64,000 nt of DNA from an uncultured bacterium (GTDB lineage: Bacteria > Babelota > Babeliae > Babelales > Babelaceae): the NCBI GenBank assembly GCA_963848965.1, contig CAWKFG010000001.1, forward strand, positions 160,001 to 224,000, written 5' to 3'. Of the stretch, positions 30,621 through 40,582 are shown one piece after another; within the stretch, counting starts at the first letter, position 1; every line of letters starts with the position of its first letter. The position numbers and the translations under genes were made by a program. A model generated the notes under the pieces. The model had not been told where the DNA came from. It did no database searches and saw nothing but the letters and a program-made list of their open reading frames with translations.

Positions 30621-30845
30621 ATGGAAAAAGAAGATCTACTTAAACGTATTATCCGAGATCCAAAGATAATGCTGGCTAAACCTACCATTAAAGGAACTTG
30701 AATAACGGTAGAACCCATCTTAGGCTTGTTAGCTCACGCAAGACCAACTCATGAGATATTACAACAGTATCCAAGGCTCACAGAAGAAGATATTTTTGCA
30801 TGCTTGAATTACGTTGCTCGCTTAAATCCTTTAATACCTTTATAA
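30621..30845 (+). pseudogene. DUF433-family antitoxin with in-frame stop
   Basis: MEKEDLLKRIIRDPKIMLAKPTIKGT*ITVEPIL...EILQQYPRLTEEDIFACLNY; TGA at 30699 replaces the Arg of the GTR motif. Confidence 0.82.
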
Positions 30846-31138
30846 AAAAAAATTCCGCCAATGAGTCCTACAGGAGCCATAACTGCTGCTACATATTTTG
30901 CAGTAGTAGCTAAATGGCTATTGGATTTTTTGGCGTTCTTGATAACGCTCACACTTTCCCATATGCGATCGCCAGCCCAATAGAGTAAGAGACCGCCAGA
31001 AAGAGTTTTAAATCCAGGACTAATATAATGAGCAAAACTACTGGACTTTTGTGCGAGAGCTTCTTGTGTGTTTGTACATTGAGTTTGTATAGTAAACAAG
31101 AAAAATGCTGTCGATAAAAATAAAATTATTCTTTTCAT
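30809..31138 (-). CDS. Small exported/membrane hypothetical protein
   Basis: 109 aa, SD GGAGG, signal peptide plus hydrophobic Gly-rich segments. Confidence 0.7.
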   Translation of the reverse strand: MKRIILFLSTAFFLFTIQTQCTNTQEALAQKSSSFAHYISPGFKTLSGGLLLYWAGDRIWESVSVIKNAKKSNSHLATTAKYVAAVMAPVGLIGGIFFYKGIKGFKRAT

Positions 31139-31378
31139 AAAACCTCCAAAATAATTATCTAAAGTTTAGCATACAGCGAAAAATATATAAAATGGTTGAT
31201 AGCTGTCTGCTTGTATTTAGTTTTGCTAGATGTATTCTTGAAATTAATACTGGTGATTAAGAAGTGTCATTAAGATAGGGGTGCTCAACAGTATGTATAC
31301 TTATTGTTGACAAAAGTGCTTACTGAGATAAAATAGTAATGTAATTTCAAATAAAAAATAAATACACTGTGAGAAACG

Positions 31379-34300
31379 ATGCTTAATTCATTCATTACAC
31401 TTTTGAGTTTGTTGTTTTGCCTTTCGAGTCCATTATGGTCAATGGAAGTGGAGAGTCCTGAGCAGCAAAGTTCTGCTAGCAAAGATAAGTCTTTTGTGCT
31501 TGAGATGCATGAAAAGGCATATCCTCTTTCGTTGCGTACTGTGTTATCACACATAAGTACGTATCAATATATAAAAGATGTAGCTACTGAAAAAATTTCT
31601 GGCTTTCATTGGTATGGCGCATATAAACCAGAAATTATTTCTCTTGCCTATGGAACACTTTGCAAAATTACGCCTTTTCTTTGGGTTGTTACTTCTGGAG
31701 ATATTACAAAATTTCATAAGGGCTCCCTTATCTATAAAGGAAAAGTGCTTGAAGGAGTAAAAACATTCTTTCCTTCTCAATGGAAACAAAAGGATATATG
31801 TTCTTATGTACAGCACATGGCTACAAAGGGTTCTGTTACTATAAAAAAGAAAGAGCAAGAAGGTACTCAAAAGAAATATGGTGTTATGCTTACAGCTCAA
31901 GATAAGGTGCCGCTTTATCTTATTCTGCAAGAGTGTCCTTCATTAGATAAAGAAAATATGCATCTTCTTACACTTCATCCTCTTTTATCTGAAAAGCAAA
32001 TATGCCTGCCAGCACATTTACAAGATTTAGCAAAGCAGCAAATAGCTGCTTTAGAAAAATTAAAAGTAGAGGTCAAAGCTGAGCCTGAACTTTTACATGC
32101 ACTTACTCAAAAAGATTACACACGTGCTGTCAAGTTGTTAGAGCAGGGTGCAGATCCTAATACAAGTGGTGATACTGAAAAAACAGCACTTATGCTTGCA
32201 GCTTCTCATGGTGCATGGCAAATGGTAAGTACTTTGCTTGAATGGGGTGCTCAAAAAGATAGAAAAGATTCTTTTGGTAATACGGCTCTTCACTATGGGG
32301 TAGCTTCAGCCTCAAGCTTGTGTGTTTTAGGGCTCCTAGACCATGAGCTTGTAAATAGTACAAATAAAGAAGGGATAACCCCTCTTATACGTGCTATTTA
32401 TGAGATAAAAGTTGCTGAGAGCAAAGAACAAGTACAAGAACTTATTATCGTTATTGGATGGCTTTTAAAGTTTGGTGCCTCTGTAAATGCACAAGATGCC
32501 TATGGAGTAACGCCTTTAATGTTAGCTTGTAAATGCAATAGGCAAACTGATTTTATTATACAAGGTATTCGAGCTGTATTGGAACTCTTGGTTGAGTATA
32601 AACCAGATTGTGATATGCAAGATTCTGAAGGTAATACTGCTTTAATACATGCTGTTTTATATAACCAATTATCCCTATTTAAATATTTACTACCTTTCTG
32701 TGCTTATATGATAAGCAATAAAAAAGAAGAGACAGCTCTATCGCTTGCACAAAAAAGAGATGCTTCATCTATAAGAGACTCCATTATCGCATTTGATCAT
32801 CAAAAGAAGGAATGGATAAAAGAACATGGTGGTACAGAGCTCATGTATGCTGTTTTCCATCGTATTATGCCTACTGTAAGAAGGCTTATTCAAGCACATG
32901 TAGATGTTAATTTAAAAGATACTTATGGATGTACTGCTCTCTTGTATGCCATACAAAATAATGATTATGAAATAGTTAAAGAGTTAATGAAAGCTGGAGC
33001 AAAAGCAGGAGAGTATAAAACAGTAAATTGTGATGCACGGATAAAGGAACTCTTAAGACAAAATTTAAACAATTCTCAAGAAGAATCGGAAAAGAAAGAA
33101 AACGAGACCGTTGTAAACCAAGAGCTATTGAAAAAGCAGATTCTTGCAGATGAGCTTAATGAAGAGGGTAAGCTACTCTTTCAACGCTATAAAGAAAGTA
33201 AGAATGGTGATGGTGTTACTCCATTTATTTATGCAGTACAAGAAGGAAAATGTGCTGTAGTAAGGCAAATGTTAGAACTAGCTCCATCGATTACCTTTCA
33301 AAGAGATAATCAAAGGCAAGATTGTCTTCTTATTGCTTTGCAAAAGAGATATTTTGCTTTAGCTCGTATGATTATTGAGGGTTACTATAGTAATGAACAA
33401 GCATTAGAAACTTGTTTTAAACAGTGCTTAGAAGCTGTTTTTAAGAAAAAAGAGAACGAATACAGGCAAATGCTTCAGCTCATTGTAGATGTGTATCCCT
33501 CTTTACTTCAAAAAATTTTTCAGCATATTTTTGGTACCCCATATGAAGATTATCTTCAAAAAGCACTCGCAGAAAGGGCCTTTATACTTAGTGAATTCCA
33601 GCTTGGTAGCCTTCTTATGCTCGCTATAGCAAGTAAGAGTAATGTCTTTATTCAGAACATTATTGAAAGCTACCCTCATTATGTACATTATAAAGATCCT
33701 GAAAACAAGACGCTGCTTATGGTTGCTGCACAGGAGGGTAATCAGAGAGTTATTGGGCTCTTATATGAAAAAGGAGCCGATTTAGATGTTCAAGATAAAA
33801 GTGGAAAGACTGCTCTTGATTATGCGCTACAATGTCCACAAACTCTTGAATTTTTGCAAAATATATCGCTCAATAAAAGATTGAATGCTTTAAAAAAAGA
33901 GAGTGAAACAGAAAAGCAGAAATTTGAACAAAGACTAAAAGGGATAAAGGATCAAGAGATTGCAAATGAGCTTATAGTTGAAGATTGGAACGATCTGCTT
34001 GTTGCTGCTTATGATAATGATGTGCAAACTATCAAAAAAGAGCGAAGCAAAATAAATCAAGCAAGGGGGCATGGTATTACTGCTTTAATGGTAGCAGCTT
34101 ATAAAAACAATCTAGAGGCATGTGAAACTCTTCTTGCATGCCCAGGAATAGGAATAAATAATCAAGATAAAGAAGGCCATACTGCGTTGATATACGCGGC
34201 TAAACAGGGTCATCTGCGTATTGTTCAGCTTCTTATAAAGGCGGGAGCTTGGGGGCTTATCTTAGATAGCAATAAACAAGTTCCTTTAAAGTTGGTCCAC

Positions 34301-35056
34301 TCTCTTGCTGTATCTTCGATGATGAAAGAGCTTCTTGCTGATAAACTTGTTGAAGAGTCCACTATGATAGCACTTGCAGTACCAGAAACAAACACTATTA
34401 ATTACTCGAAAATGAGACCTCTTTTAGAACTTTTATCATTAGAAGACCAAGGTTACTTTATTGTGAAGCTTGCAGAAAGAATATTTGATAAATATGCACA
34501 GAGGCAACTATGTGTTGACTGTGGAAAAGTTCATAGAGATAAGTGGGGAGACCTATTTTTAATGGAACTTATTTCTGCTGCAGGATCTAGGGCTCTAAGA
34601 GTCATGGATAATTTAAAAAAATGGCATGTTGACGCTTGTATTTTTCAAGATAAGCAGAGTCGCGCTCTCTTTCCAGAAGCTCTAGTGTTAGGAATTAAAA
34701 AGTGGCTTAGAGTAAAAGGAAAAGAATTAAGAGATGCCTCAAAAGATCAGGATGTAAGAGATATTATTAATAAGCTTATTTTTAAAGTAAACTTTCATAA
34801 GCTGCCTCAAGAGTATAAATCTCATTTGTTAAAAAGCATTGCCGAGGATGAAGAAAATGACAGCCCAAGAACTGCTCTGTGTAAACAACTTCTGCAAGAG
34901 AAATGCATTAACTCTGATTTTAGCTATAAAGAATATATTATTAAGATAGAGATACCTTCTATGATTAAAATGGCTTTATTTGCGGTATTTGTCTTTTGTA
35001 CCTATAAAGTACTTTGTAAAGCTCTGACAGTAAATTCTGGCTACTATCCAGTGTAA
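31379..35056 (+). CDS. Secreted protein: bacterial EndoU-like nuclease domain, ankyrin repeats, C-terminal TM
   Basis: Signal ...PLWS-ME; SHI...SGFHWY...KTFFPSQW....I...TLHP; many ankyrin repeats; MALFAVFVFC near the C-terminus. Confidence 0.8.
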   Translation: MLNSFITLLSLLFCLSSPLWSMEVESPEQQSSASKDKSFVLEMHEKAYPLSLRTVLSHISTYQYIKDVATEKISGFHWYGAYKPEIISLAYGTLCKITPFLWVVTSGDITKFHKGSLIYKGKVLEGVKTFFPSQWKQKDICSYVQHMATKGSVTIKKKEQEGTQKKYGVMLTAQDKVPLYLILQECPSLDKENMHLLTLHPLLSEKQICLPAHLQDLAKQQIAALEKLKVEVKAEPELLHALTQKDYTRAVKLLEQGADPNTSGDTEKTALMLAASHGAWQMVSTLLEWGAQKDRKDSFGNTALHYGVASASSLCVLGLLDHELVNSTNKEGITPLIRAIYEIKVAESKEQVQELIIVIGWLLKFGASVNAQDAYGVTPLMLACKCNRQTDFIIQGIRAVLELLVEYKPDCDMQDSEGNTALIHAVLYNQLSLFKYLLPFCAYMISNKKEETALSLAQKRDASSIRDSIIAFDHQKKEWIKEHGGTELMYAVFHRIMPTVRRLIQAHVDVNLKDTYGCTALLYAIQNNDYEIVKELMKAGAKAGEYKTVNCDARIKELLRQNLNNSQEESEKKENETVVNQELLKKQILADELNEEGKLLFQRYKESKNGDGVTPFIYAVQEGKCAVVRQMLELAPSITFQRDNQRQDCLLIALQKRYFALARMIIEGYYSNEQALETCFKQCLEAVFKKKENEYRQMLQLIVDVYPSLLQKIFQHIFGTPYEDYLQKALAERAFILSEFQLGSLLMLAIASKSNVFIQNIIESYPHYVHYKDPENKTLLMVAAQEGNQRVIGLLYEKGADLDVQDKSGKTALDYALQCPQTLEFLQNISLNKRLNALKKESETEKQKFEQRLKGIKDQEIANELIVEDWNDLLVAAYDNDVQTIKKERSKINQARGHGITALMVAAYKNNLEACETLLACPGIGINNQDKEGHTALIYAAKQGHLRIVQLLIKAGAWGLILDSNKQVPLKLVHSLAVSSMMKELLADKLVEESTMIALAVPETNTINYSKMRPLLELLSLEDQGYFIVKLAERIFDKYAQRQLCVDCGKVHRDKWGDLFLMELISAAGSRALRVMDNLKKWHVDACIFQDKQSRALFPEALVLGIKKWLRVKGKELRDASKDQDVRDIINKLIFKVNFHKLPQEYKSHLLKSIAEDEENDSPRTALCKQLLQEKCINSDFSYKEYIIKIEIPSMIKMALFAVFVFCTYKVLCKALTVNSGYYPV

Positions 35057-35155
35057 GAATATGTTTCCTGCCCCAGGCGCACTAATAAGCTTAACTTTAT
35101 AATAGCTAGACAGCATTAAATACGTTTTCTTTAGGAAAAGAGAGCATTATTTTCC

Positions 35156-35476
35156 TTATGGTTTTGCATAAATTTTCTTCCCTTTTTGCTTAATCTTATA
35201 GCAAAAGGTTGTTCTGTTTTGAGAATCTTTTTCAAACTCTTCTTTGTTGAAAAGAAAAAGATCTTTGGAAATAGTAATGCCACATAATGCTTTGTGCCCT
35301 TCAACAAGATCATGATAATGATCTTTCTGATACTTATCTACGACTATCAAGGCATCTAGATCGCTTTCTTCATCAGCACAACCACAAATATATGATCCAA
35401 ATAAGTAAATCTCGAGAGGATTATAAAGCTCAATAAGTCTTTCTTTTACCTCTTCTATTACTGTATTTGTTATCAT
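35156..35476 (-). CDS. Minimal nucleotidyltransferase (MNT) antitoxin
   Basis: IYLFGSY..G...EESDLD; followed by the overlapping stub MQNHKENNALFS*. Confidence 0.88.
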   Translation of the reverse strand: MITNTVIEEVKERLIELYNPLEIYLFGSYICGCADEESDLDALIVVDKYQKDHYHDLVEGHKALCGITISKDLFLFNKEEFEKDSQNRTTFCYKIKQKGKKIYAKP

Positions 35477-35567
35477 AATTTATTTCTCCTGCTGTGCTTT
35501 TTCTATTATTTTACTATCTCTTTTGTTGAAGATCAAAAGATTGTGGGTTCTGTGTGATGTTAAATAA

Positions 35568-35656
35568 ATGACTCACTCTGCCAGAAAGAAATAACTCATG
35601 AGTTATTTATGAGTCAATTGAGTTGTTTATGGCAAATTAATTGACTCAAATGACTC
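35568..35656. promoter_or_regulatory. Operator-like array of TGACTCA/TAACTCA half-sites
   Basis: Perfect 20-bp palindrome AAATAACTCATGAGTTATTT (35589-35608) plus ATGACTCA, ATGAGTCA, TTGACTCA and ATGACTC. Confidence 0.55.
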
Positions 35657-35727
35657 GTTGGTGGTATGCTATTAAAAATAGCTACTTAAGGCGCATTATG
35701 AACATGGCCGGTACTACAAGGATACTC

Positions 35728-37083
35728 ATGAAATATCCAGAAGTTGAATCATCAACAGTTGAGTTAAAAAGAGATTTTCCTAAAAATGATCAAATTCTTA
35801 AGACTATAATTGGTTTTTGTAATCAAAATGGCGGGAAACTTGTAATAGGAGTTGATAATGATGGTACTATTGTCGGTGTACCACATGATAAGGTACATCA
35901 AGCACTTGAGTACTTGGAAAAGTCTATATTTGAGGCTTCATATCCGCCTATTTTGCCTTTTGTTTATTTACAAACAATTGCTGATAAAACATTACTTATA
36001 GTACAGGTTTCAGAAGGTATGAATAAACCATACTATATTAAATCAGAGGGAGCAGAAGGAGGTACCTATATAAGGTTAGGTAGAAGCACGTTAAGAGCGA
36101 CATCAGGAATCCTTGAAGAGTTAAAGTGGCAATCTCGTGGTAAATCTTTTGATACAATGCCTGTATATCAAGCTTTACTTGATGATTTAGATATGACACA
36201 AATTGAGCACTTCCTTAAAAAAAGAAAAAAAGGTCGTTCAAAAAATAACGATTCTTTTAACCAAGTGCTTAAATCATACTATTTAGTAGCAGAAGAGCAT
36301 GGTCATACTTATCCTACAGTTGCAGGAATTCTGCTTTTTGGCAAAAATCCACAGTATTTTTTTCCTGAAGCAATGATTCTATGTTCCCATTTTAAAGGCA
36401 TATCGGGGCGAGAGGCTATTGCTGCAAAACAATGCACAGGAACTTTGATAGACCAGTTTCGTGAAGCTTTTACCTTTCTTGAAAGACAGCTTAATCATTC
36501 ATTTACCATTACAGGGCGTCAACGTAAGGAAGAGCTAGAGATCCCAGAAGTTGCTCTTCGCGAAATGCTTATTAATGCTATTGTTCATCGCAATTATCAT
36601 ATTAATGCTCCTGGTAAAGTCGCTATTTTTGATAATCGTGTTGAAATATTTAGTCCTGGAAGTTTTCCTGGGCCGCTTAACCCACAAAATTTAAAAATGG
36701 GTTTAACGTATATTCGTAATATAGCTATAACAAAGGTTTTTCATGAAATGGGCCTTATAGAAAAATTGGGTACAGGGTTTATCACTCTCTTTGAAAGTTA
36801 TGAAGAGCGAGGACTGAAAACACCAGAGGTTATTGAAATAGAAAATGCTATTAAATGTATCTTACCGCGATCTACTGCTCAAGCACCAGGTACTGGTCCT
36901 CGCGATGGTGTACAGCGTATTATGCAACTTTTTGAAGTTGCTACGGAATTAACTATTGGTGAAATAATTCGTCAACTCCATATACCACGTGCAACGGCAG
37001 GAAGAAAGTTAGCCTTGTTAGTGAAAGAAGGACTTTTGAAAAAGGTTGGCCAAGGACGTACGGCTCGTTATGTTCGAGCGTAA
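35728..37083 (+). CDS. Schlafen/AlbA_2 domain + HATPase-like (RecG C-terminal-like) + winged-helix protein
   Basis: ESSTVELKR...IGFCNQNGGKLVIGVDNDG; LREMLINAIVHRNY...VEIFSPG...RN...IEKLGTG; C-terminal GQGRTARY. Start uncertain (35698-35728). Confidence 0.88.
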   Translation: MKYPEVESSTVELKRDFPKNDQILKTIIGFCNQNGGKLVIGVDNDGTIVGVPHDKVHQALEYLEKSIFEASYPPILPFVYLQTIADKTLLIVQVSEGMNKPYYIKSEGAEGGTYIRLGRSTLRATSGILEELKWQSRGKSFDTMPVYQALLDDLDMTQIEHFLKKRKKGRSKNNDSFNQVLKSYYLVAEEHGHTYPTVAGILLFGKNPQYFFPEAMILCSHFKGISGREAIAAKQCTGTLIDQFREAFTFLERQLNHSFTITGRQRKEELEIPEVALREMLINAIVHRNYHINAPGKVAIFDNRVEIFSPGSFPGPLNPQNLKMGLTYIRNIAITKVFHEMGLIEKLGTGFITLFESYEERGLKTPEVIEIENAIKCILPRSTAQAPGTGPRDGVQRIMQLFEVATELTIGEIIRQLHIPRATAGRKLALLVKEGLLKKVGQGRTARYVRA

Positions 37084-37150
37084 CCTTTATGCGCATAAAA
37101 TTTTATAGAAAGCATAAGGCACAATGAGAACGCCACTGTGCCTTAGAGAA

Positions 37151-37474
37151 TTATTTTACTTTTTGAAAGCGCGCTACTTTTTTGCCTTCGTATTCAACAG
37201 GTTCAAGCCAAGCATCAAGATCTCGCACCCATACAATGTCATCACCATAGAGTGCTTTATAGATAACGCATATCTTTTCTGTAGCTTCTTGAATACCTAT
37301 ATTAATTACTTCGTATTGAAGTTTAGGATTGCGGTAGTGACTATAAATAGCACCAACTTCTACTTTTCCTTGTGCATCTTGGCGTCGTGCAGTGAGCTCT
37401 TCAAGTGATGTATGACTCATAGTATCCTTCATAAATAAACTTAAACATGCGATAACAACATATCTGTTAATCAT
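37151..37474 (-). CDS. DUF1653 family protein
   Basis: GAIYSHYRN...YEV...EATE...VIYKALYGD..VWVRDL..W. Confidence 0.85.
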   Translation of the reverse strand: MINRYVVIACLSLFMKDTMSHTSLEELTARRQDAQGKVEVGAIYSHYRNPKLQYEVINIGIQEATEKICVIYKALYGDDIVWVRDLDAWLEPVEYEGKKVARFQKVK

Positions 37475-39528
37475 AGTGTACCTTCGATTTTGAGCTCTTT
37501 TTCTTTTATATTCCTCAATATACATGAAGCTTGATCTAACAAGCTGTCATGAAAGCCCTCTTGGCGCAATATATCAAGAGCAACATTCTGATGAGAAACA
37601 CCTCGTGTAATTTTGAACGGATAAATAATTTTTCCGGTTTCAGCTACCAAGACTGATTGTTTATAGTTAGCAAAGTTCTGCGTTTTTTCTTCAAGTGTAG
37701 TAAGAAGTTTGGAGTGTGTAGATAGGATAGAAATGATGTTCTCATCTTTGCCTAAATATTCAGCAACACTATAGGCTATTGCATCACCTTCTATGCTGGA
37801 AGTTCCGTTAAAAGGCTCATCAAGAGCAATGAACACATTTTTGCCTGAACCGGTTATTTCACGCTGTTTCATAATTGCTTGCATACGATTTACTTGTGCT
37901 TTGAATAATGAGTTTCCTGAAGCAATATCATCAATAATGTTTAGATAAGTCTCAATACAACTAAAGGGCGATATAAGAGCTTCTTTAGCAGGTGCAATAC
38001 CTAAGCTTTGAGAAAGAATGAGCGAGAATGTTAATGCTTTAATGAGTGTCGATTTACCTCCTGCGTTAGGACCTGTAATAACACTATTGCGTGGTTGCTC
38101 ACCGCCTAGTTCAAGTGAGTTTACTACTATTTTGTGATCCTCTTTTTCTTTTATAAAAGGGTTCCAAAAGTCTTTTAATACAATATGGGGACCTTTAGTG
38201 CTAAATTGAGTGAACGTGTAGGTTGCTTCCTTATGTTCAAACTCTTTATACAATCGTGCTACTGATAGATAAGCGTCAATTTCGCCGACAGCTGCCCATG
38301 CTTGAGCAAGATGTTCTTTAACTTTGTGCATAAGCTCATATGCTATAAGAATTCTTCCTTGATTTGAAAAGAAAGAAGGTTCATCAATAAACGTAGAAGT
38401 TTGTAGCAGCCGTATAAGCTCGCCTAGCGGAGTATTATGGTTAACTGCTTCACGTACATGAGTGAGAGCAGGCAAAGATGTGATAGAGTTTTTGAGCGTA
38501 AGATTATTTTCTTCTAGTGATGCAAGCTGATTGAGTGCTTCGATAAAACGAGCTACGCAAATAAGTTTTATTTGTAAGCATTTCTGTAAATAGATATTAT
38601 CTTTGAACCACTCAAAGTCTTCTTTGAGTGATACTGCACAGTAGGCTCCTACGGCACATGTTGCCAGCTCTGCAATATATTTGTTTCTTGCGTGAGAAAA
38701 AAATGCGAGTGTTCTACCAGCAGATCCCTTGAGCCAATCAGTAGTATAAGCGAATTTTTGAGGTAAAACATAATTGCATTGCTTTCCAAGAGCATCAAGA
38801 GGCAAAAGAGCTATTGCTGCTAACGTTGTAAGGAAATACGTAAAGCGCTGGTTGTGCCCAGATAGACTTCTGAATGTCAAAGCAATCTCACTTTGGTTAA
38901 GCATCTCATTGAGTCCAGTAAAATAGGGAATATTATAATGCTGTCTCAGTGTTGGATTTCTAAAATGATCGTTGCCCCAAAAAGAAAATATAATATCTTG
39001 GCTAGCTCGTATTTTTTCTAATGTTTCTTTGAGTTTGTTTGCAAGAATTTCATTATTGACAAGCTCTTTAACAATGGATTGGCGCCGGAGGAGCTCTGGT
39101 ATATCATCTGTAACAGATGCTATCAAACCGCTCAGTTTCGCTTTCCCTATTTCAGTAGTTGTACGATCTACAATTTCTAAAAGGCACTTATCGGGATAGA
39201 GTTTTCCTGCAAAAAGATCAAGATCGTCCCACGTGGCAGTGTCACCTAAAATACCTGCATGGTTAAAATGAGCTTTTTCTGCTAAGTTTAAAAGTCGTAA
39301 TGCAATGGTACGTCGCTTTTGTGGCGTAGGATTTGTTTGAGTTCGCATACAACGCTCAAGAAATTTGCCATATGCTTCATTTGGCCAATCTTCATCTTCT
39401 GCCCACTCAAATGAATGCATGCTAAACGGTCTAATAACATCGTAAAGTAAAGCTTGTTCTTCTGCCTGTACTATACTGCCTCGTTGTGCCCAGCATATAA
39501 TGCCAAACATTACCACTTTTTTAAACAT
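37471..39528 (-). CDS. MutS-family ATPase (lacks mismatch-binding domain) with signal-peptide-like N-terminus
   Basis: ITGPNAGGKST, GNSLFKAQV, LDEPFNGT, STH, G.S..NVALDIL. Confidence 0.9.
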   Translation of the reverse strand: MFKKVVMFGIICWAQRGSIVQAEEQALLYDVIRPFSMHSFEWAEDEDWPNEAYGKFLERCMRTQTNPTPQKRRTIALRLLNLAEKAHFNHAGILGDTATWDDLDLFAGKLYPDKCLLEIVDRTTTEIGKAKLSGLIASVTDDIPELLRRQSIVKELVNNEILANKLKETLEKIRASQDIIFSFWGNDHFRNPTLRQHYNIPYFTGLNEMLNQSEIALTFRSLSGHNQRFTYFLTTLAAIALLPLDALGKQCNYVLPQKFAYTTDWLKGSAGRTLAFFSHARNKYIAELATCAVGAYCAVSLKEDFEWFKDNIYLQKCLQIKLICVARFIEALNQLASLEENNLTLKNSITSLPALTHVREAVNHNTPLGELIRLLQTSTFIDEPSFFSNQGRILIAYELMHKVKEHLAQAWAAVGEIDAYLSVARLYKEFEHKEATYTFTQFSTKGPHIVLKDFWNPFIKEKEDHKIVVNSLELGGEQPRNSVITGPNAGGKSTLIKALTFSLILSQSLGIAPAKEALISPFSCIETYLNIIDDIASGNSLFKAQVNRMQAIMKQREITGSGKNVFIALDEPFNGTSSIEGDAIAYSVAEYLGKDENIISILSTHSKLLTTLEEKTQNFANYKQSVLVAETGKIIYPFKITRGVSHQNVALDILRQEGFHDSLLDQASCILRNIKEKELKIEGTL

Positions 39529-39693
39529 AGTATCTCCTCAATAAGTGGGTTCTTGAGGAAAGGATATCCTAGAAAAGCCTTTTTTTAAAGCAAAATTTAG
39601 CGCATCTTTAAAAGTTGCCGTCGTAATGATAAATTGTGCGTATAGGTTTGCCAAAAACTTGTGGTAGTCAGTTCTTTATGTTTGGCAAAAATG

Positions 39694-40488
39694 CTAGTTT
39701 TTTGAAGGAACTTTAGCTGCTGCGTCAATTAAAAGTTGGGCAATAGAAGTTTTCCCTGCATGTTGAGCTACCTCAAGAGCTGTAAGTTTAGAAGGGCCTT
39801 TCATATGTATGTCTGCTCCTCGTTCTAATAATAACGGGACAGCTTCTGGAAAATTATATACGGCATCTATTAGAGGAGAGAACCCCATTACTTGTTGGTT
39901 AACGTCAGCTCCTTGGTCCAGTAAATAGATTACTATTGCTAATTGACGAGCGTTTATTGCTATAGAAAGGGGAGCTGAAAAAAAATCACCAGTAATATCT
40001 GATCCTTGGCTGATAAACTCTTTTACTGCTTGGAGATCTCCGTTGCTAATGGCTTTCAAAAGAAGGTCATTATCTGATTTTTTTCTCTCTTGCTCTTCTA
40101 ACCATTTCATAGCATAAAGCTTTTTTGCTATATCGTCTTTAAAGTGATTAGTAAGCTTGTTTGCAGTTGCTTCATAAGGAAATTTCTTATGAAGAGCATT
40201 AATAATAGCTTTGCTCAGAGTCAAGTTTGCACGAAAAAGAGGTAATTTTTGTATCTGTTGTAATGCTTCATCCAATGTCTTTGATGTATTTATACTATCT
40301 TGAGCTTTATTCCACACCCTATAAAGGTTAATCTCTGATAAAAGCTCCTTAGGTAAAGAACCAAAATACGTTTTTGTTTTAAGCTCTTGAGATGGTACAT
40401 GAAGATCAAGAAATTCAGGAACCATAGCTTGTAAGCTTAATTGATTGATAAGTATATAAAGAAGAATAAAAGAAAAATTTTTTAACAT
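39694..40488 (-). CDS. Secreted ankyrin-repeat protein with F-box-like segment
   Basis: Signal ...SLQA-MV; YFGSLPKELLSEINLY; 4 ankyrin repeats; paralog of 44555-45346. Confidence 0.85.
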   Translation of the reverse strand: MLKNFSFILLYILINQLSLQAMVPEFLDLHVPSQELKTKTYFGSLPKELLSEINLYRVWNKAQDSINTSKTLDEALQQIQKLPLFRANLTLSKAIINALHKKFPYEATANKLTNHFKDDIAKKLYAMKWLEEQERKKSDNDLLLKAISNGDLQAVKEFISQGSDITGDFFSAPLSIAINARQLAIVIYLLDQGADVNQQVMGFSPLIDAVYNFPEAVPLLLERGADIHMKGPSKLTALEVAQHAGKTSIAQLLIDAAAKVPSKN

Positions 40489-40582
40489 GGTATAGATCCT
40501 TATTTTTCAATTAATTTCTATTATATTATCAGACTGTGGTAAAAATAGCAACTAATCAGACGATATGATCAGGGCAATCTCA

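Noticed and set aside
30699..30701. In-frame TGA in DUF433 as recoding or an alternative genetic code
   Set aside because: TGA ends many intact genes here; a CGA-to-TGA nonsense change at a conserved Arg is simpler.
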